Source of the DNA: Isurus oxyrinchus
Lineage: Eukaryota
Direction: 5' to 3'
Assembly (NCBI GenBank): GCA_026770705.1
Contig: JANJGN010000121.1
Location: forward strand, 496,001 to 560,000
DNA length: 64,000 nt
Positions 1-12,529 of this stretch are shown here, one piece after another (position 1 is the first letter of the stretch; every line of letters begins with the position of its first letter). Below the pieces are notes generated by a model. The model searched no databases. It was given only the letters and a program-made list of their open reading frames with translations, and was not told the origin of the DNA. The translations under genes were made by a program, and so were the position numbers.

Positions 1-269
1 CTTTTACAAGGATGATATCAGAACTGAGAGATTACAACGATCAGGAGAGAATTTCCTATTTTCAGACTTAGTGGAGTTTCTGTCTCTCAGATGAATTCAC
101 TTCCACTTCGAGACAATTGAATTGACAATCCCGGGTGAGGGTGGGGGAGCAGCTCACAGTTCCTGACACACTGGCTTGTTACTTTCTCCGAAATCTGCCA
201 GATTTAAATTCTATCCTGTTCCCAGCAGGAGAGAATCCATTTGAACCAATCACTGAACCGGCATCTAAA

Positions 270-450
270 ACAGATGATCAGGTTATTGATCACATTGCTG
301 TTTGTGGGAGCTTCCTGTGAACAAATTGGCTGCTGTGTTTCCCATATTACAACAAGGGTTACATTTCAAGAATTATTTCAATGGTTGTGAATCCATGTGC
401 AACGTACAGAGGTGGTGAAAGGCGCTATAGAAATACAAATCTTTCTTTTG
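270..450 (+). mobile_element. SINE 3' fragment (Deu-SINE/SacSINE-like)
   Basis: cacattgctgtttgtgggagctt...gtgaaaggcgctatagaaat...ctttctttt tail; recurs at ~16260-16425, 32440-32570 and 57215-57360 (-). Family assignment from recall only. Confidence 0.5.
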
Positions 451-726
451 CTCATATGTAAGAATTTTAAACAGGATTAGGGAGATTGATGTAAGTGGAT
501 AACGTGATAACATTGATGGACACAGTCAATACATTTAATCACTGATATTAAAGTGAGTATTAGAGGTTGTTTTAGGACTGAACTGGAAGCTATCACCAGG
601 TTATTGAGAATCAGACAGTGTGTTATAATAAACTGTGTTTGTGTTAATATGTAAATGTCACAGTTTGTGTTATTTCCCATTGAGTGTTGGATGTGAATTG
701 TTGAGTAATTATAACACAGCACTTAC

Positions 727-1095
727 CAGAAACGTGAAGCTGGGTTACAGGGTAATAGTTATGGCTCGGACCATTGTCAAATTCTATTCTGAAAAAATAA
801 GGTCCTGCATCTTCCCGTCTGATGTTGTTTATAATCAGGGAACAGTCGCCATCTTTCAGGTCTCCAGACAGCCGGGTCCGATGGTGGAACCGTGGTAACT
901 CGTGACTGTGATCCTTGGAGTGAAAGACAATGGGAGCCCAGGGAATATGTTTCTCATTATGAAACCAGACTCCACCTCGCGGTTGGTTTTCCAGACACGA
1001 TGGATAACTGTAATGACATGGAATCTGTACACAGGAACCTTCCTGCGCTGTCACCTCTCGTGGAGTGTCACCTTTCCACTCTTGTGAGGGTTCAG
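727..1095 (-). CDS. G1 second V-set Ig exon, Siglec-like (369 nt, phase 1-1)
   Basis: ccccag acceptor, gtaagt donor. EGSCVQIPCHY...GDCSLII...DAGPYFFRIE shows the Siglec Cys pattern (no F-strand Cys) and the essential Arg. Positions 1-60 match the V-C2 intron of the paralogs, so the C2 exon should lie just outside the window. Confidence 0.92.
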
Positions 1096-1154
1096 CTGGG
1101 GAGAGAAATATCAATATTTAACTCTGAATGGTTTGTGGATCCAATAGACTTAAA

Positions 1155-1990
1155 ATTTACAGATGAGGCTGAATTGGGGGGATGGTCAATACTGAGGAGA
1201 ATGGCAACAAATTATTTTGGCAAGATGAATAGAAAAACAGGATATTATTTAAATGGAGACAGGCTGCAGAATGCAGTACAGAGGGATCTGGGTGTCCTTG
1301 TACATGAATCACAGAAAGTCAGCATTCAGGAACACCACGGAATGAGGAAGGCACGTGGAATGTTGGCCTTTATTGCAAAGGGATGGAGTATAAAAGGAGG
1401 GAAGTCTTGCAACAGCTGCACAGGGTGAGATTGTATCAGGAGCAGTGTGTACAGTTCTGGTCTCCTTACTTAGGGAGGGATAGACTTGCATTGAAGGCAG
1501 TTCAGAGGAGGTTCACTGGGCTGATTCCCGGGATTAAAGGGTTTGTCCTGTGAGGAAATGTTGAGCAGGTTGGGCCTGTATCCATTGGAGTTTAGAAGAA
1601 TGAGGGGTGACCTTATTGAAACATATCCGATTCCGAGGGGGCTTGACAGGGTGAATGCTGGGAGGATGTTTCCCCCTCGTGGGGGAATCTAGAACCAGGG
1701 AGCACAGTTTCGGAATGAGTGCTCTCCCATTTAAGACTGAGATGAGGAGGAATTTCCTCTCTCAGAGTGGCGCTAGCCTGTGGAATTCTCTTCCCCAGAG
1801 AGCAGTGGAGGCTGGGCCATTGAATAGACTCAAGGCTGAGTGAGGCAGGTTTTTGATCGACAAGGGAGTCAAGGATTTGGGGGACAGGCAGGAAAATGGA
1901 GTTAAGGCCACAACCAGATCAGTGAGAGCAGGCTCGAGGGGCCGAATGGCCTGATCCTGTTCCTATTTCTTATGTTCCTACATTCTTACC
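1155..1990 (+). mobile_element. CR1-like LINE 3' fragment
   Basis: Decayed RT C-terminus (QRDLGVLVHESQK...GMLAFIAKG) and typical aggctcgaggggccgaatggcct...cctatttcttatgtt tail. Confidence 0.8.
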
Positions 1991-2054
1991 TTCTTAAAAT
2001 ATTAAAGCTGCAGAATAAACATGCAAGTGACTGACCCGCTCGACCCACCTTCCA

Positions 2055-3050
2055 TCAGGGGCTGGAGGAGGTTACACAGATAAGGAGGTTTGTGGGTGCT
2101 GGAGGAGGTAACAGAGATAGGGAGGGCTGTAGATACTGGAGGACATTACGCAGATAGGGAGGGTGGTAGGACCTGGAGGAGGTTGCAGAGATAGGGAGGG
2201 CTGTAGGGATTTGAGGAGTTTATGGCGATGGGGAGCGTGTAGGGACTGGAGGAGGCTGCAAGGGCAGAGAGGGTTTTAGGGGCAGGAGGAGTTTACAGGA
2301 ATAGGAAAAGTTGTAGGGGCTGGACGGATTGCAGAGGTAGGGAGGGTTGGAAAGGCTGGTGGAGGTTTCAGAGGTAGGGAAGGTTGCAGGGACTGGATGA
2401 GTTTACAGAGATGGGGGAGTTTTTGGGGCAGGATGGGGTTACAGAGATAGGGAGGGTTGTAAGGGCAGGACGAGGTTACATAGATATGGAGTGTGGCTGG
2501 GGCTGAGGGAGGATACAGAGATAGGGAGGGTTATAATGGCTGGAGGAGGTTACAGAGATAAAGGAAACTCTTAGGGACTGGAGGAGGTTACAGAGATAGG
2601 GAGGGTTGTAGTGGGCTGGAGGAGGTTACAGAAATATGAAGGGTTGTAAGAGATGGACCAGCTTACAGAGATAGGGAGAGGTATTCGGTCTGGAGGAGGT
2701 TGCAGAGATAGGGGAGGTTGTTAGGACTGGAGGAGGCTACAAATATCGCGAGGGTTATCGGGGCTTGAGGAGGTTAAAGAGATAGGGAGGGGTGTTGGGT
2801 CCGGAGGAGTTTGCAGTGATAGGAATGGTTTTCGGGATTGGAAGAGAGTACTGAGATAGGAGGGTTGTAGGGACTGGAGGAGTCTCCTGAGAAAGGGAGG
2901 GTTGTAGGGACTGGAGGAGGCTCCTGAGATAGGGAGGGTTGTAGGGACTGGAGGAGGCTCCTGAGATAGAGAGGGTTGTAGGGACTGGAGGAGGCTCCTG
3001 CGATAGGGAATGTTGCCGTGGATGAAGATAAAGGAGGAGATTACTGTAAT
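2055..3050. repeat. Degenerate ~37-bp tandem array (ggactggaggaggttacagagatagggagggttgtag)
   Basis: Directly visible repeat units abutting the 3' end of an L2-like LINE. Confidence 0.85.
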
Positions 3051-4035
3051 AGGGAGGAAAAATATTCAATAATTTGGACATTGAGACTTTGCTTGACCAG
3101 GAGCTAGTCTCGGTCATCGAGCAGAGCGGGTGATAAGGGAACGGGACTTGGTGTGAGTAAGGACGTGGTCAGCAGTTTTGGATGGCCTCAAGTTTATGGA
3201 GTGTAGAGCATGTGTTGGAACAGTCGAGTCTGGAGGTAATGAAGGCGTGGATGAGGGTTTCAGCAGCAGATGAGCTGAGACAGGGTGAAGTCGTACGACG
3301 TTATGGAGGTGGAAATAGACGGTGTTAGTGAGGGCGCAGATAGGAGGCCGGAAGCTCATCTCAGGATCAAATGGGACAACAAAGCTGTGAACAGATTGGC
3401 TTCAATCTCAGAGAGCTGCCAGGGAGAGGAATGGAGTTGGTAGCGAGGGAACAGAGTTTGGAGCGGGGAATGAAGACAATGGCTTCAGTCTTTCCAATAT
3501 TTAATTGGAGGGAATTTCTGCCCATCCAGTACTGGATGTCGGATAAGCAGCCTGATAATTTAGCAGCAGTGGAGGAGTCGAGAGAGGTGGTGGTGAGGTA
3601 GAGCTGGGGATCCTCAGTGGACAGGTGAAAACTAATACTGTTCAGATGATGCTGCAAAGCCATTGCAAGTGATTCTCTGGCTACGATGAGATGGATAAGA
3701 ATGGAGCCAGGGGAGAGCAGTTCCACCCAGCTGGACGACAGTGGAGAGGGGTTGGAGGAGGATGGTGTGGTCGAGCGTGTCAAAGGCTGCAGACAGATCG
3801 AGAAGGACGAGGAGGGAAAGTTGACCTTTGTCACAGTCACACAGGATGCCATTTGTGACCTTGATAAGAGCTGTTTCAGCACAGTGGCTGGGGTGGGAAC
3901 CTGATTGGAGGGATTCAAACATGGAGTTCCGGGAAAGATGGAACCGGATTCGGGAGATGGAAACACTTTCAAGGACTTTGGAGGGGAAAGAGAGGCTGGA
4001 GATGGGATGGGGGTTTACACGGACAGTGTGAGGGG
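3050..4035 (-). mobile_element. L2-like LINE reverse transcriptase fragment, decayed
   Basis: LQSGSHPSHCAETALIKVTN...LLVLLDLSAAFDTLDHTILL and LQLNIGKTEAIVF RT motifs across frameshifts. Confidence 0.85.
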
Positions 4036-4286
4036 TGGAAGGTGTAGTGGGGAGGAGACACTTCACTCAGGGGGGAGGTGTCATCACCCCTCAGCTCGGT
4101 TTACGTTACAGCTATGATGTGGATTCAATCACACACAATAAGCTCATGGATCTGGGAGCAGAAATAGACAAATCATTAAAAATAGTGACGCTGGTTAACA
4201 CAGCCAAAAAACAAGCAAATCAAACACTATTATTTCCCATTGAGTGTTGGATGTGAATTGGTGAGTAATTATAACACAGCACTTAC

Positions 4287-4664
4287 CAGAAACCTGAAGC
4301 TGGGTTACAGGGTAATAGTTATGGCTCGGACCATTGCCAAATTTTATCGTGAAAAAATAAGGTCCTGCATCTTCCCGTCTGATGTTGTTTATAATCAGGG
4401 AACAGTCGCCATCTTTCAGGTCTCCAGACAGCCGGGTCCGATGGTGGAACTGTGATAACTCGCGACTGTGATCCTTGGAGTGAAAGGCTATAGACCATTT
4501 AGACCATTTGTTCTGTATGTATCTTCTCATTTTCCAGATTCCGACCTGTGGTTTCTTTACCAAATCTGATGGATAACTGTAATGACATGGAATCTGTACA
4601 CACGAACCTTCCTGCGCTGTCACCTCTCGTGGAGTGTCACCTTTCCACTCTTGTGACAATCCAA
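4287..4664 (-). CDS. G1 first V-set Ig exon (378 nt, phase 1-1), essential Arg replaced by Thr
   Basis: ccccag/gtaagt boundaries, open frame, YFFTIKF instead of YFFRIEF. Confidence 0.9.
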
Positions 4665-5019
4665 CTGGGGAGAGAAATATCAATATTTAACTCTGGATGT
4701 TTTGTTGATCCACTAGACTCGATATCCACCCCCTCCATCACTCGGGCACAGTGGCTGCAGTGTGGACCATCTACAGGACACACAATGAACTCCACAAGGT
4801 ATCACACCAGATGGAAGAGAATCCTGGACACAAAAGCGGAAAAGTTCATTCTACATTGGTTCATGGTCCTCAGGACCCTGTTTGTGCAGAAGTCTGCTCT
4901 CCAACAGAACTGAAGTTGGGGACAATGCATTTGGAATTCCACTGTCCGGGGCATTGGGTTAACTTGCTGATTTTGTTTTAAAGCTAACATCTATTTTTGG
5001 TCTGTTGCCTTAAAGGGAC

Positions 5020-6578
5020 TGTAACTGGGAGTCAGGTTAATTAGGAATTTTAGGAGTTATGATAGCAGTCTTGTAGTTACGTATGTGCTTGAAATCTTTT
5101 ATTTTGATGACAAATATGTTAATTTATTGTTTTAAATCTCTGAAGGTATTGGTGGAGTTAGTGCTTCTGAATTAAGTGCACACATCTCATAATAAATACA
5201 AATTGCAAAATCATTATGATAGTGTGACCAGGTTTCTCTCAGGGACTTGGTCTGCCTGGCACACATCACCTGCCAAGTGATAACACTTTTGTAATATGCC
5301 TTTCAGGGACAGCAGCATGACATCACTCGAGGGGAAGTTTGTCATGTGATTTTTAGGAACTGGTGTTCGCTTAAGTAATTCTATGTTTATTTGTGTGTGT
5401 TAGGCATAAGGTCTATCTTTAAGTTCAAGTTTAGTTTGTATTTCTGTATTTGGGTGTTGAGAAAAGGGGGAACTTGAGTTAAAAAGAAGCCAGCATTCCA
5501 TTGAGGTTTAATGACTGTTGAAGGGAAGTCAAAACAAATACAAGGCGTAAGAAACTGTGCTGTTGCCTAGCAACAGTGATCCAGAGGGAAGGACCCACAG
5601 AGACCGAGAAAAACAGAAAAGTACTTTCAGTTCTGTTGAAAGGAGTTGCCAGGAGAAGCAGCAAAGGAGCGGGACAGATAGTCAGTCCCAAAGTAAAGAA
5701 GAAGCCAAATCTATCGAGTTTGACAGGAGAAAGGGCCCAAGAAAACCTTCTAGTCAAATCTGGAAAAGGCCCTGTTAAGTGAAGTTAAGAGTGAGGAGCA
5801 GAAGAAGGCTTCAAGCATAAAGGGAGAAGCAGCAGGACACAGGCCTAAAGCAAAATAGGCTTGTGAGAAGCCAGAAGATCCTAGGAGACACCACAGGTTG
5901 GTGACTCATTACTACGGCCATGTGAAGCCATGGTGTTCCATTGACACGGCTGAGCATTGGAGAGACAGGGCGTGGAAGGAAGGCTGAATGCACGTGGCGA
6001 TCCAGGGGGCAGGAACATGGGAAGGAGAGTTTGAAATAGTGAAAGTGGACCCGTGTGGAAGGTGTCTGAGTGAAAGTGTCATGTTGGAGAAGATTCCAAA
6101 GTCAGTTATGGAGAGTGGAGATTGGAAACTCTCATATGAAAGAAGCTTTTCAGTGAGACTGGTTGGCTCACAGTGTAACAAGCGTCTGGGGACAGATGAG
6201 ACATAGAATTTGTTTCAAGTGGGCTCTGCCACTTGCTTTCAGAATGTTGTGTCCCTGACCACAGGTCGTCTATTGGTTTACACGGACTGTGTACTTAGTG
6301 TGAACATGAGAATATAAGATAGTTATCGTAATTTGTGTTCTACTTATGTATCTGTAAAGGTATAGGTCTGGGTGAAGGAGTAATGTCATATAGTTTGTCT
6401 TTCCTAGTTTAATAAATATTTTATTCTTTTGTTAGACGTTCATCAGATGACTCCTGTGACACTGTTCAGTAGCCGCACTCCACATTCCTAAATAAAAAAT
6501 AAAAGTTAGGACCTATCAAGCTGAGTTCCACCCTGGGATCTGACTTGCCCAGTAGTAACATCAGCTGGGATGGTAACA
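5020..6578 (+). mobile_element. LTR-like element(s), probably two adjacent solo LTRs
   Basis: TGT...ACA termini, AATAAA near the 3' ends, and a 3' motif shared with the solo LTRs at 43.3 and 46.4 kb. An inverted copy lies at ~51830-53425. No clear TSD. Confidence 0.45.
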
Positions 6579-6768
6579 CCATCCAGTCCAAGTTTCACTT
6601 TGACCTGTGAGCAGAACACAGCTCACACAGTTTGGCTGCAGGTGTCTCCCAGCTTTCTATCCTTGTATATCTGTTCTCATGTCCCTGTTCTAAATATCTG
6701 AACCCACAATGTATTTACCCAATGCCGTATCAGTGGCTGGTGCCTTTATATCATTATAAAAACATAAC

Positions 6769-8937
6769 ATGGTGATCAGTGGTGGCCAAACATTCTGGCA
6801 GCAAGATTCAGTACAGGTATGACGTGGTGAACAGCCTGAGATCGAGCTACATGACATGAGACGACCCTCGACGCTTTGGTCAGACCACAACAGAGACACA
6901 GCATCAGAGAGGGTTGAAATCGCAGTGTACTGACTGCTCAGGAAACCTTTGAAGACACAGTGACGGGAAAGAGCTCAAGTAAAGAGCTGGGGAGCAGACG
7001 GATCCCTCGTGGTGAGATTACAGCACACGGCCTGTAGGTCAGTGAGTGGGACAGTGTGTATCGCCAGGACCAGCAGCGGGTTAGCTCAGTCAGGGAAGGC
7101 GAGTGACCAGGGTGTGGGCTGGATCGATAGTGAGCGAGGGAGAGTCAAACACACAAAAACCATTGTAAAAATCAGCCCAGAGAAGTTAGTGATTATAACG
7201 GGCGGCTTCGAGATTGCTGAACAGCAAATTGAATAAAAAACAAAGACTCCATTACTCCGTGGTGTGTTCCTGCCACAACCCGTCTTCGTGGGCGGAGCTT
7301 CGGAAAAGCACACGAAAGGGGCTAAAGCGACACTCATCCCAGATCCTGTAGGAGAAGGAATGTCAAAGGAATATTGTCAGAATGTCCACGAAATTCCCCA
7401 GTTTGAACTGGGATGTAGCTGACCGACTATCTGAATTCAGAATGTTTAAACAGCGTACAGAGCTCTGGTTTCCTGATTCAGGTGTGACTGAACCAGACGA
7501 GCCACCCATAAAAATTCACCTCGCGATTGGGAATGAAGGTCTACACAGGCTGAGCACATCAGGATTAACAGCAGAAGAGCGAAAAGATCCCCAATAGATA
7601 CGGACGATATTGGAAGACAGGTTCAGAATCAGGTGAAACTCCATATTCATCAACTAGAGTTTATGTCATTTCATCAGCCTACACAATCCATAGACCACTT
7701 CATCAGCCGATGTAGAGAAAAGGGTACGCACTGTGATTTCAAACACAGAGCCTGCAGACAGAGTTGTTGAGTTGGTGATTACATCCACTCCCATGGAAGC
7801 CTTCCAGAAAGATCTGCTAGATAAGACCAAAACCTATAGCATTGAAGAGCTACTCAAGGATGGACATAAATACGAAGTGATCCTCGCAGGTCAACGAAGC
7901 TTACAGGTCCTCAGTACAACATCAATTGTTGACACACTCACTAGAACATACAAACCTAGTGAGACGTGTGGAAGGTGTGGCCTTCTGCAGGCACCAAGGA
8001 AATGCCCAGCTTTCCACCAATCCTGCAAGGCTTGTGGCAGAAAGGGCCATTGACAGCGGCAGGGCACGAGAGCAAAGGCTGATGCAGCTACAAAGAGCCG
8101 TGCGCTGATCCAATCAAACCCTGCACAACGGGGAACCTTCAAGCAATAAGAATGACCATCCGCTATCCCATCAGGAACATATACATGTGGTGACTGACAA
8201 ACCAGGAAATGGCGATGATGTACACGACGAGACTAGGAGCGGTGATCGATATTCCACCTCTCACACATATCCTGACGTGGCTTGCCAATAAATTGTGGAT
8301 TGTGGTCTTTATTGCTCTCTCTGGGCACATCAAATTAACTGAAAATGTTCCCATAGGGGTGGGATTTTCTGGCCCCACCCACTTCCATGATTGTCCGGTC
8401 CGGCTGAAAGCCAATGGATTTATGTCTGTCCCAGTCTCAGAAACTATCCCATCAGCTCAGTTCATGACATAACATTGAAATATGCAGACAGATTCAACAA
8501 TATTGGCAGGTTCAAGGGAGCGGCAACATTACACCTGCAGGAGAATGCAAGTCTGTCAGACTCCTTGCATTAAAATTAATACAATCCAACTTTGCCACGC
8601 TATCTTGAGCCTTAAATGGCCAATAATTTCTATGCCTTCCAGTTTCATTTGCTCTCTCTTCTAATTTTGGCCGTGCATCTCTCTCTGTTGAACCTCCTCT
8701 CGGGATCCGATCCCCTGCCATATTAGTTTAAAGCCTCCTCAGTTGCATCAAGGGTGTAATGTCAATTGAAACCAGGGACAACATCGAAGAATGACAATCC
8801 CACAGATCAATGTGAGCAATTAAAGAAACCTCCAGACAATTTTGCCACCACAAGATCTCGATATAACAGCAGATTACCTCTACGCTTTAGAGACTCAAAT
8901 ATTCAACAGATCTATACACTTATATAATTGTCAAGAA
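6769..8937 (+). mobile_element. Gypsy-type LTR retrotransposon internal remnant (gag, part of pol)
   Basis: CA|TGG PBS-like start. Gag-like LSEFRMFKQRTELWF and knuckle region CGRCG...CPAFHQSCKACGRKGH, with stops and frameshifts. Confidence 0.7.
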
Positions 8938-9945
8938 ATATGAAAATGATACCAGGAACCTCTTGTTCCCTGTCCTTCTCAAAGATCCATCCCTGCAGCA
9001 GGAGCCTGAAGAGTTACTGATGTGGGGCTTAATTTATCAGATTGTAGAATGATCCGGAAATGAAGGATGCCATTTGGCCCATCGAGCCTGTGCTGGGCCT
9101 TTGAAAGATCTGTCCAATTAGTCCCACTCTAACCTCTGCTCTCTCCTCCACAGCCCTGCAAAATGTCCCCTTCAAGTATTTATCCAGTTCCCCTTCTGAA
9201 AGTTCCTGTTGAATCTGCTTCCACCGCCCTTTCAGGCAGTGAGTCAATGGTCTCTCTCTGAGCTGCAAAGTGCTAATGTTCTGAGAACTTTAAACTCTGC
9301 AGCAGATCAGAGACAATCATGATAACTCAGAATATTTGACAGTTTTACACACAGACAGCTTTACCTTCCTTCTCTCTTTCAGTTATCTTGCTCCCTTATT
9401 GAAGTATCTAGCAAGGTGAGAATGGACAGGAAGTGTGACACTGAACAGCCTGTCTATTCTAGGAGCTGCTGTGTTGTCTTCATGGGAAATTCTGACAAAA
9501 TCAGCAAAAGACACAAAATTTCAGGGCATTGTTATCCGAGTCCCAGCATCAGGATAGACCTCATCCCCCAGTTGGTATTCCTGATTCTCTATGCAGCCGA
9601 TCGCTCCCCTGTCACTGGCTGAACTACACTGACTCCCAGTCCAGCAATGACTCAAATTTCAAATTCTCATCATCGATTTCTTACCCCACCATCCTCCCTC
9701 TACACTCCCGATCCCTGTAACCTGCTCCAACCCTAAAACCCTCTGAGATCTCTGCTCTCCTCCAATTCTGCTGTCAGACAGGGAGTCAGTGTATATCAGT
9801 GAGCACAGGGGTGATGGGTGAATGGGACTTGGTGTGAGTTTGTACACTGGCTCACTGCTGAATCAGTTCCCAATCACACTCAATAAGAATGATCTTTTAC
9901 AAAGACTATTAGCCATAAACCTGTCCGAGCTGACGACGTTATTAC

Positions 9946-9985
9946 CTTCGAGAAGTGACAGGAGGAAGTAGGATTTCCCGATCAT
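9946..9985 (-). CDS. G1 leader (signal peptide) exon CDS, MIGKSYFLLSLLE
   Basis: ATG plus 40 nt to G|gtaat donor (phase 1), acceptor ttcacag at 10026. Four paralogous copies in the window. Confidence 0.85.
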
Positions 9986-10435
9986 TGTCCACTCCCAGGT
10001 ACTTCATAAGCTTCTGACTCTCAAACTGTGAAAGAGAAAGGAGTTAATGAGACCTCACCTCTTGTCCGACAGCTCTCAAGAGATCAGAACTGTTTTTGGA
10101 CAATGTCTTTACAGACTAATTTGATTCTCTGTGGGATGATAGGTGCTCTGCAGAGAGTTACAAGGCTTTAAGAAAGAAAAACATTAAAGGATTTGCATTT
10201 CTATAGCACCTTTCACCACCTCAAGACGTCCCAAAGCTCATGTCTCTGCACTTCCCTCATCCCTTGAGCTAGAAAGATGTTCTGTACAACAGACTTGAGT
10301 CTCACACCCAGATCTCAATAATCAGTAGAAATCTTTCAAAGGCATCAATCATTGGAATCTGTCTTTATAAAGTCACAACATCAACAAAGGACGGTGTTGG
10401 TGGTGGAAGTGAATTCCAATCGTTCCGTTACTTAC

Positions 10436-10520
10436 CCAGGACCTGTCCGACTGCTCGCCTGGGGAGGAACTGCCCACACGCTCTGCTTGGGCTGAATGAC
10501 CTCTTCCTGTGCTGCTCCCT
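10436..10520 (-). other. G1 85-nt upstream (5'UTR) exon
   Basis: GG|gtaagt donor ~410 nt upstream of the leader acceptor; same cassette precedes every leader. Confidence 0.7.
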
Positions 10521-10562
10521 CTGTGTGTTTAATTAGAAAGGGTGGATGTGTCACTGTGAGAC

Positions 10563-10576
10563 AAAATGAGGAAGTG
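10563..10576 (+). promoter_or_regulatory. PU.1/Ets motif AAAATGAGGAAGTG, putative G1 promoter
   Basis: Matches the PU.1 consensus; conserved at the same offset in G2, G3 and G4. Confidence 0.55.
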
Positions 10577-10799
10577 GGTAATCAGTGAGAAGATCGAGGA
10601 TGTTTTGTGCTCTCAGCAAAACGTTTACCATGTGTGATCTGTCAGCTCATATTTGGGCAGCTGTAGTCATGAAGCTTCTCCATTGGCTCCGTGGGATTAG
10701 ACTCCTCCCCCTCACCACAGAGGCTGAAACTCAGGCGATAGAGTCCCCAATACAGGTCTCGGGCCGTATGATACATTTCAACGACCCCTGTTATCATTA

Positions 10800-11820
10800 C
10801 GGAGGGAGTGCTGCACTGTCAGCGGGACTCTACTGTGGGAGTGCTGCACTGTGGGAGGGTCAGTAATGTGGGAGTGCTGCACTATCAGAGGGTCAGTAAT
10901 GGGAGAGTGCTGCACTGTCAGAGGGTCAGTAATGAGGGAGTGCTGCACTGTCAGAGGGTCAGTAATGTGGGAGTGCTGCACTGTCAGAGGGTCAGTAATG
11001 AGGGAGTGCTGCACGGTCAGAGGTTCAGTACTGAGGGAGTGCTGCACTGTCAGAGGGTCAGTAATGTGGGAGTGCTGAACTGTCGGCGGGTCTGTATTGA
11101 GTGAGTTCCGCACAGTCAGAGGGTCAGTATTGAGGGGGTGCCGGACTGTGGGAGGGTTAGTACTGAGGTAGAGCCGAGTGTGAGAAGATATCCTTTCATG
11201 GCAAAGTTTAACTGGAATTTATTTAAACAGAATTCTTGTACTGTGTGTTATTGCAAAAGAAAGGATTTGAGGAACTAAGTCTTGTTCCCGTAAGCCTAAA
11301 AATAATTTTCACCGATTCAATGATTTAGCATTGAAACCTCCCTCTTTGGGCACCAGTCTTGATTGAATCAACTCGAACAGCACCGTGGGAGGGTGAGTAC
11401 TGAGGGAGTGCAGCACTGTGGGAGGGTGAGTACTGAGAGAGGGCTGCGCTGTGGGAGGGTGAGTACTGAGGGAGTGCTGCACTGTCAGAGAGTCTGTACT
11501 GAGGGAGTGCTGCACTGTCAGAAGGTGTGTACCGTGGGAGTGCTGAACTGTCGGAAGGTCAGTAGTGAGGGAGGGATACAGTGTCAGAGGATCAGTACTG
11601 AGGGAGTGCTGCACTGTGGATGGATGAGTACTGAGGGAGTGCTGCACTGTCAGATTGTCAGCCATGAGGGTGTGCTGCACTGTCAGAAGGTCAGTGCTGA
11701 CAGGGTGCTGCACTTGAAAAGGGTCAATAATGAGGTAGTGCAGCACTGTCAGAGGGACAGTAATGAGGGAGCGCTGCACTGACCGAGGGTCAGGATTGAG
11801 GAAACGCTGCACTGTCAGTT
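10800..11820. repeat. Two 33-bp tandem arrays (agggtcagtactgagggagtgctgcactgtcag) separated by ~210 bp
   Basis: Visible units; produce the spurious STDPLTVQHSL ORFs. Confidence 0.9.
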
Positions 11821-12529
11821 CTGTGCGTGGTCTGCAATGTCCTAAGTGCATTCTAGGCACAGCCCAAGATTCCGCCTGATGTCTGTGTAACAACAACATC
11901 ATGTACATGTCGAGAATAATTCTCACTGTGTTGGTGCAGCAAGACAGTTTTGGAATGGCACCACCACTGGCAGGAGTGTGCAGCTGCAATGTGACGTGTT
12001 TACATTGAAAATTTCCATTATAAAGATGGCCACAGGAATTCATCTGACTGGAAAAAGTGACAACATGAAATAATGTCTTTGAGCCAAGAATCTGGCAGCA
12101 AAATAAGAATTTTAATCCATAAGTATCTACAGAAAAGGCTGAACATTTTAATCACTTGTGTTAATCAATGTAATTTTATTCATAACCCAAATGCTTCTTA
12201 CAATCTATCGCAGCATGAAAAAGGTGCAGCATTCAGAAAGCACATTCCAATCAGAGAACAGAGTTTAGCAACGTCACATTTCTGTTCATTCCTATTTGAC
12301 CATGTTGGCTGCACACAGCCAGACAATGCCGTGGTTATGATGTGTCCACACAGCAGGACTGGGGAGCACCAGGTATAAGGAAAAGTTTCAGCTTGCTGAG
12401 GAGAAGAAGGAGAATCTCTCATTCCAGGTTTCTCTCCGTACATTAAGAAGCAGGCATGCCGATGTTTCATTGCACTCTGTCTGCTGATGGGAGTCCGCTT
12501 GGAAATTGTTGTTTGTGCTGATGGAAAGA

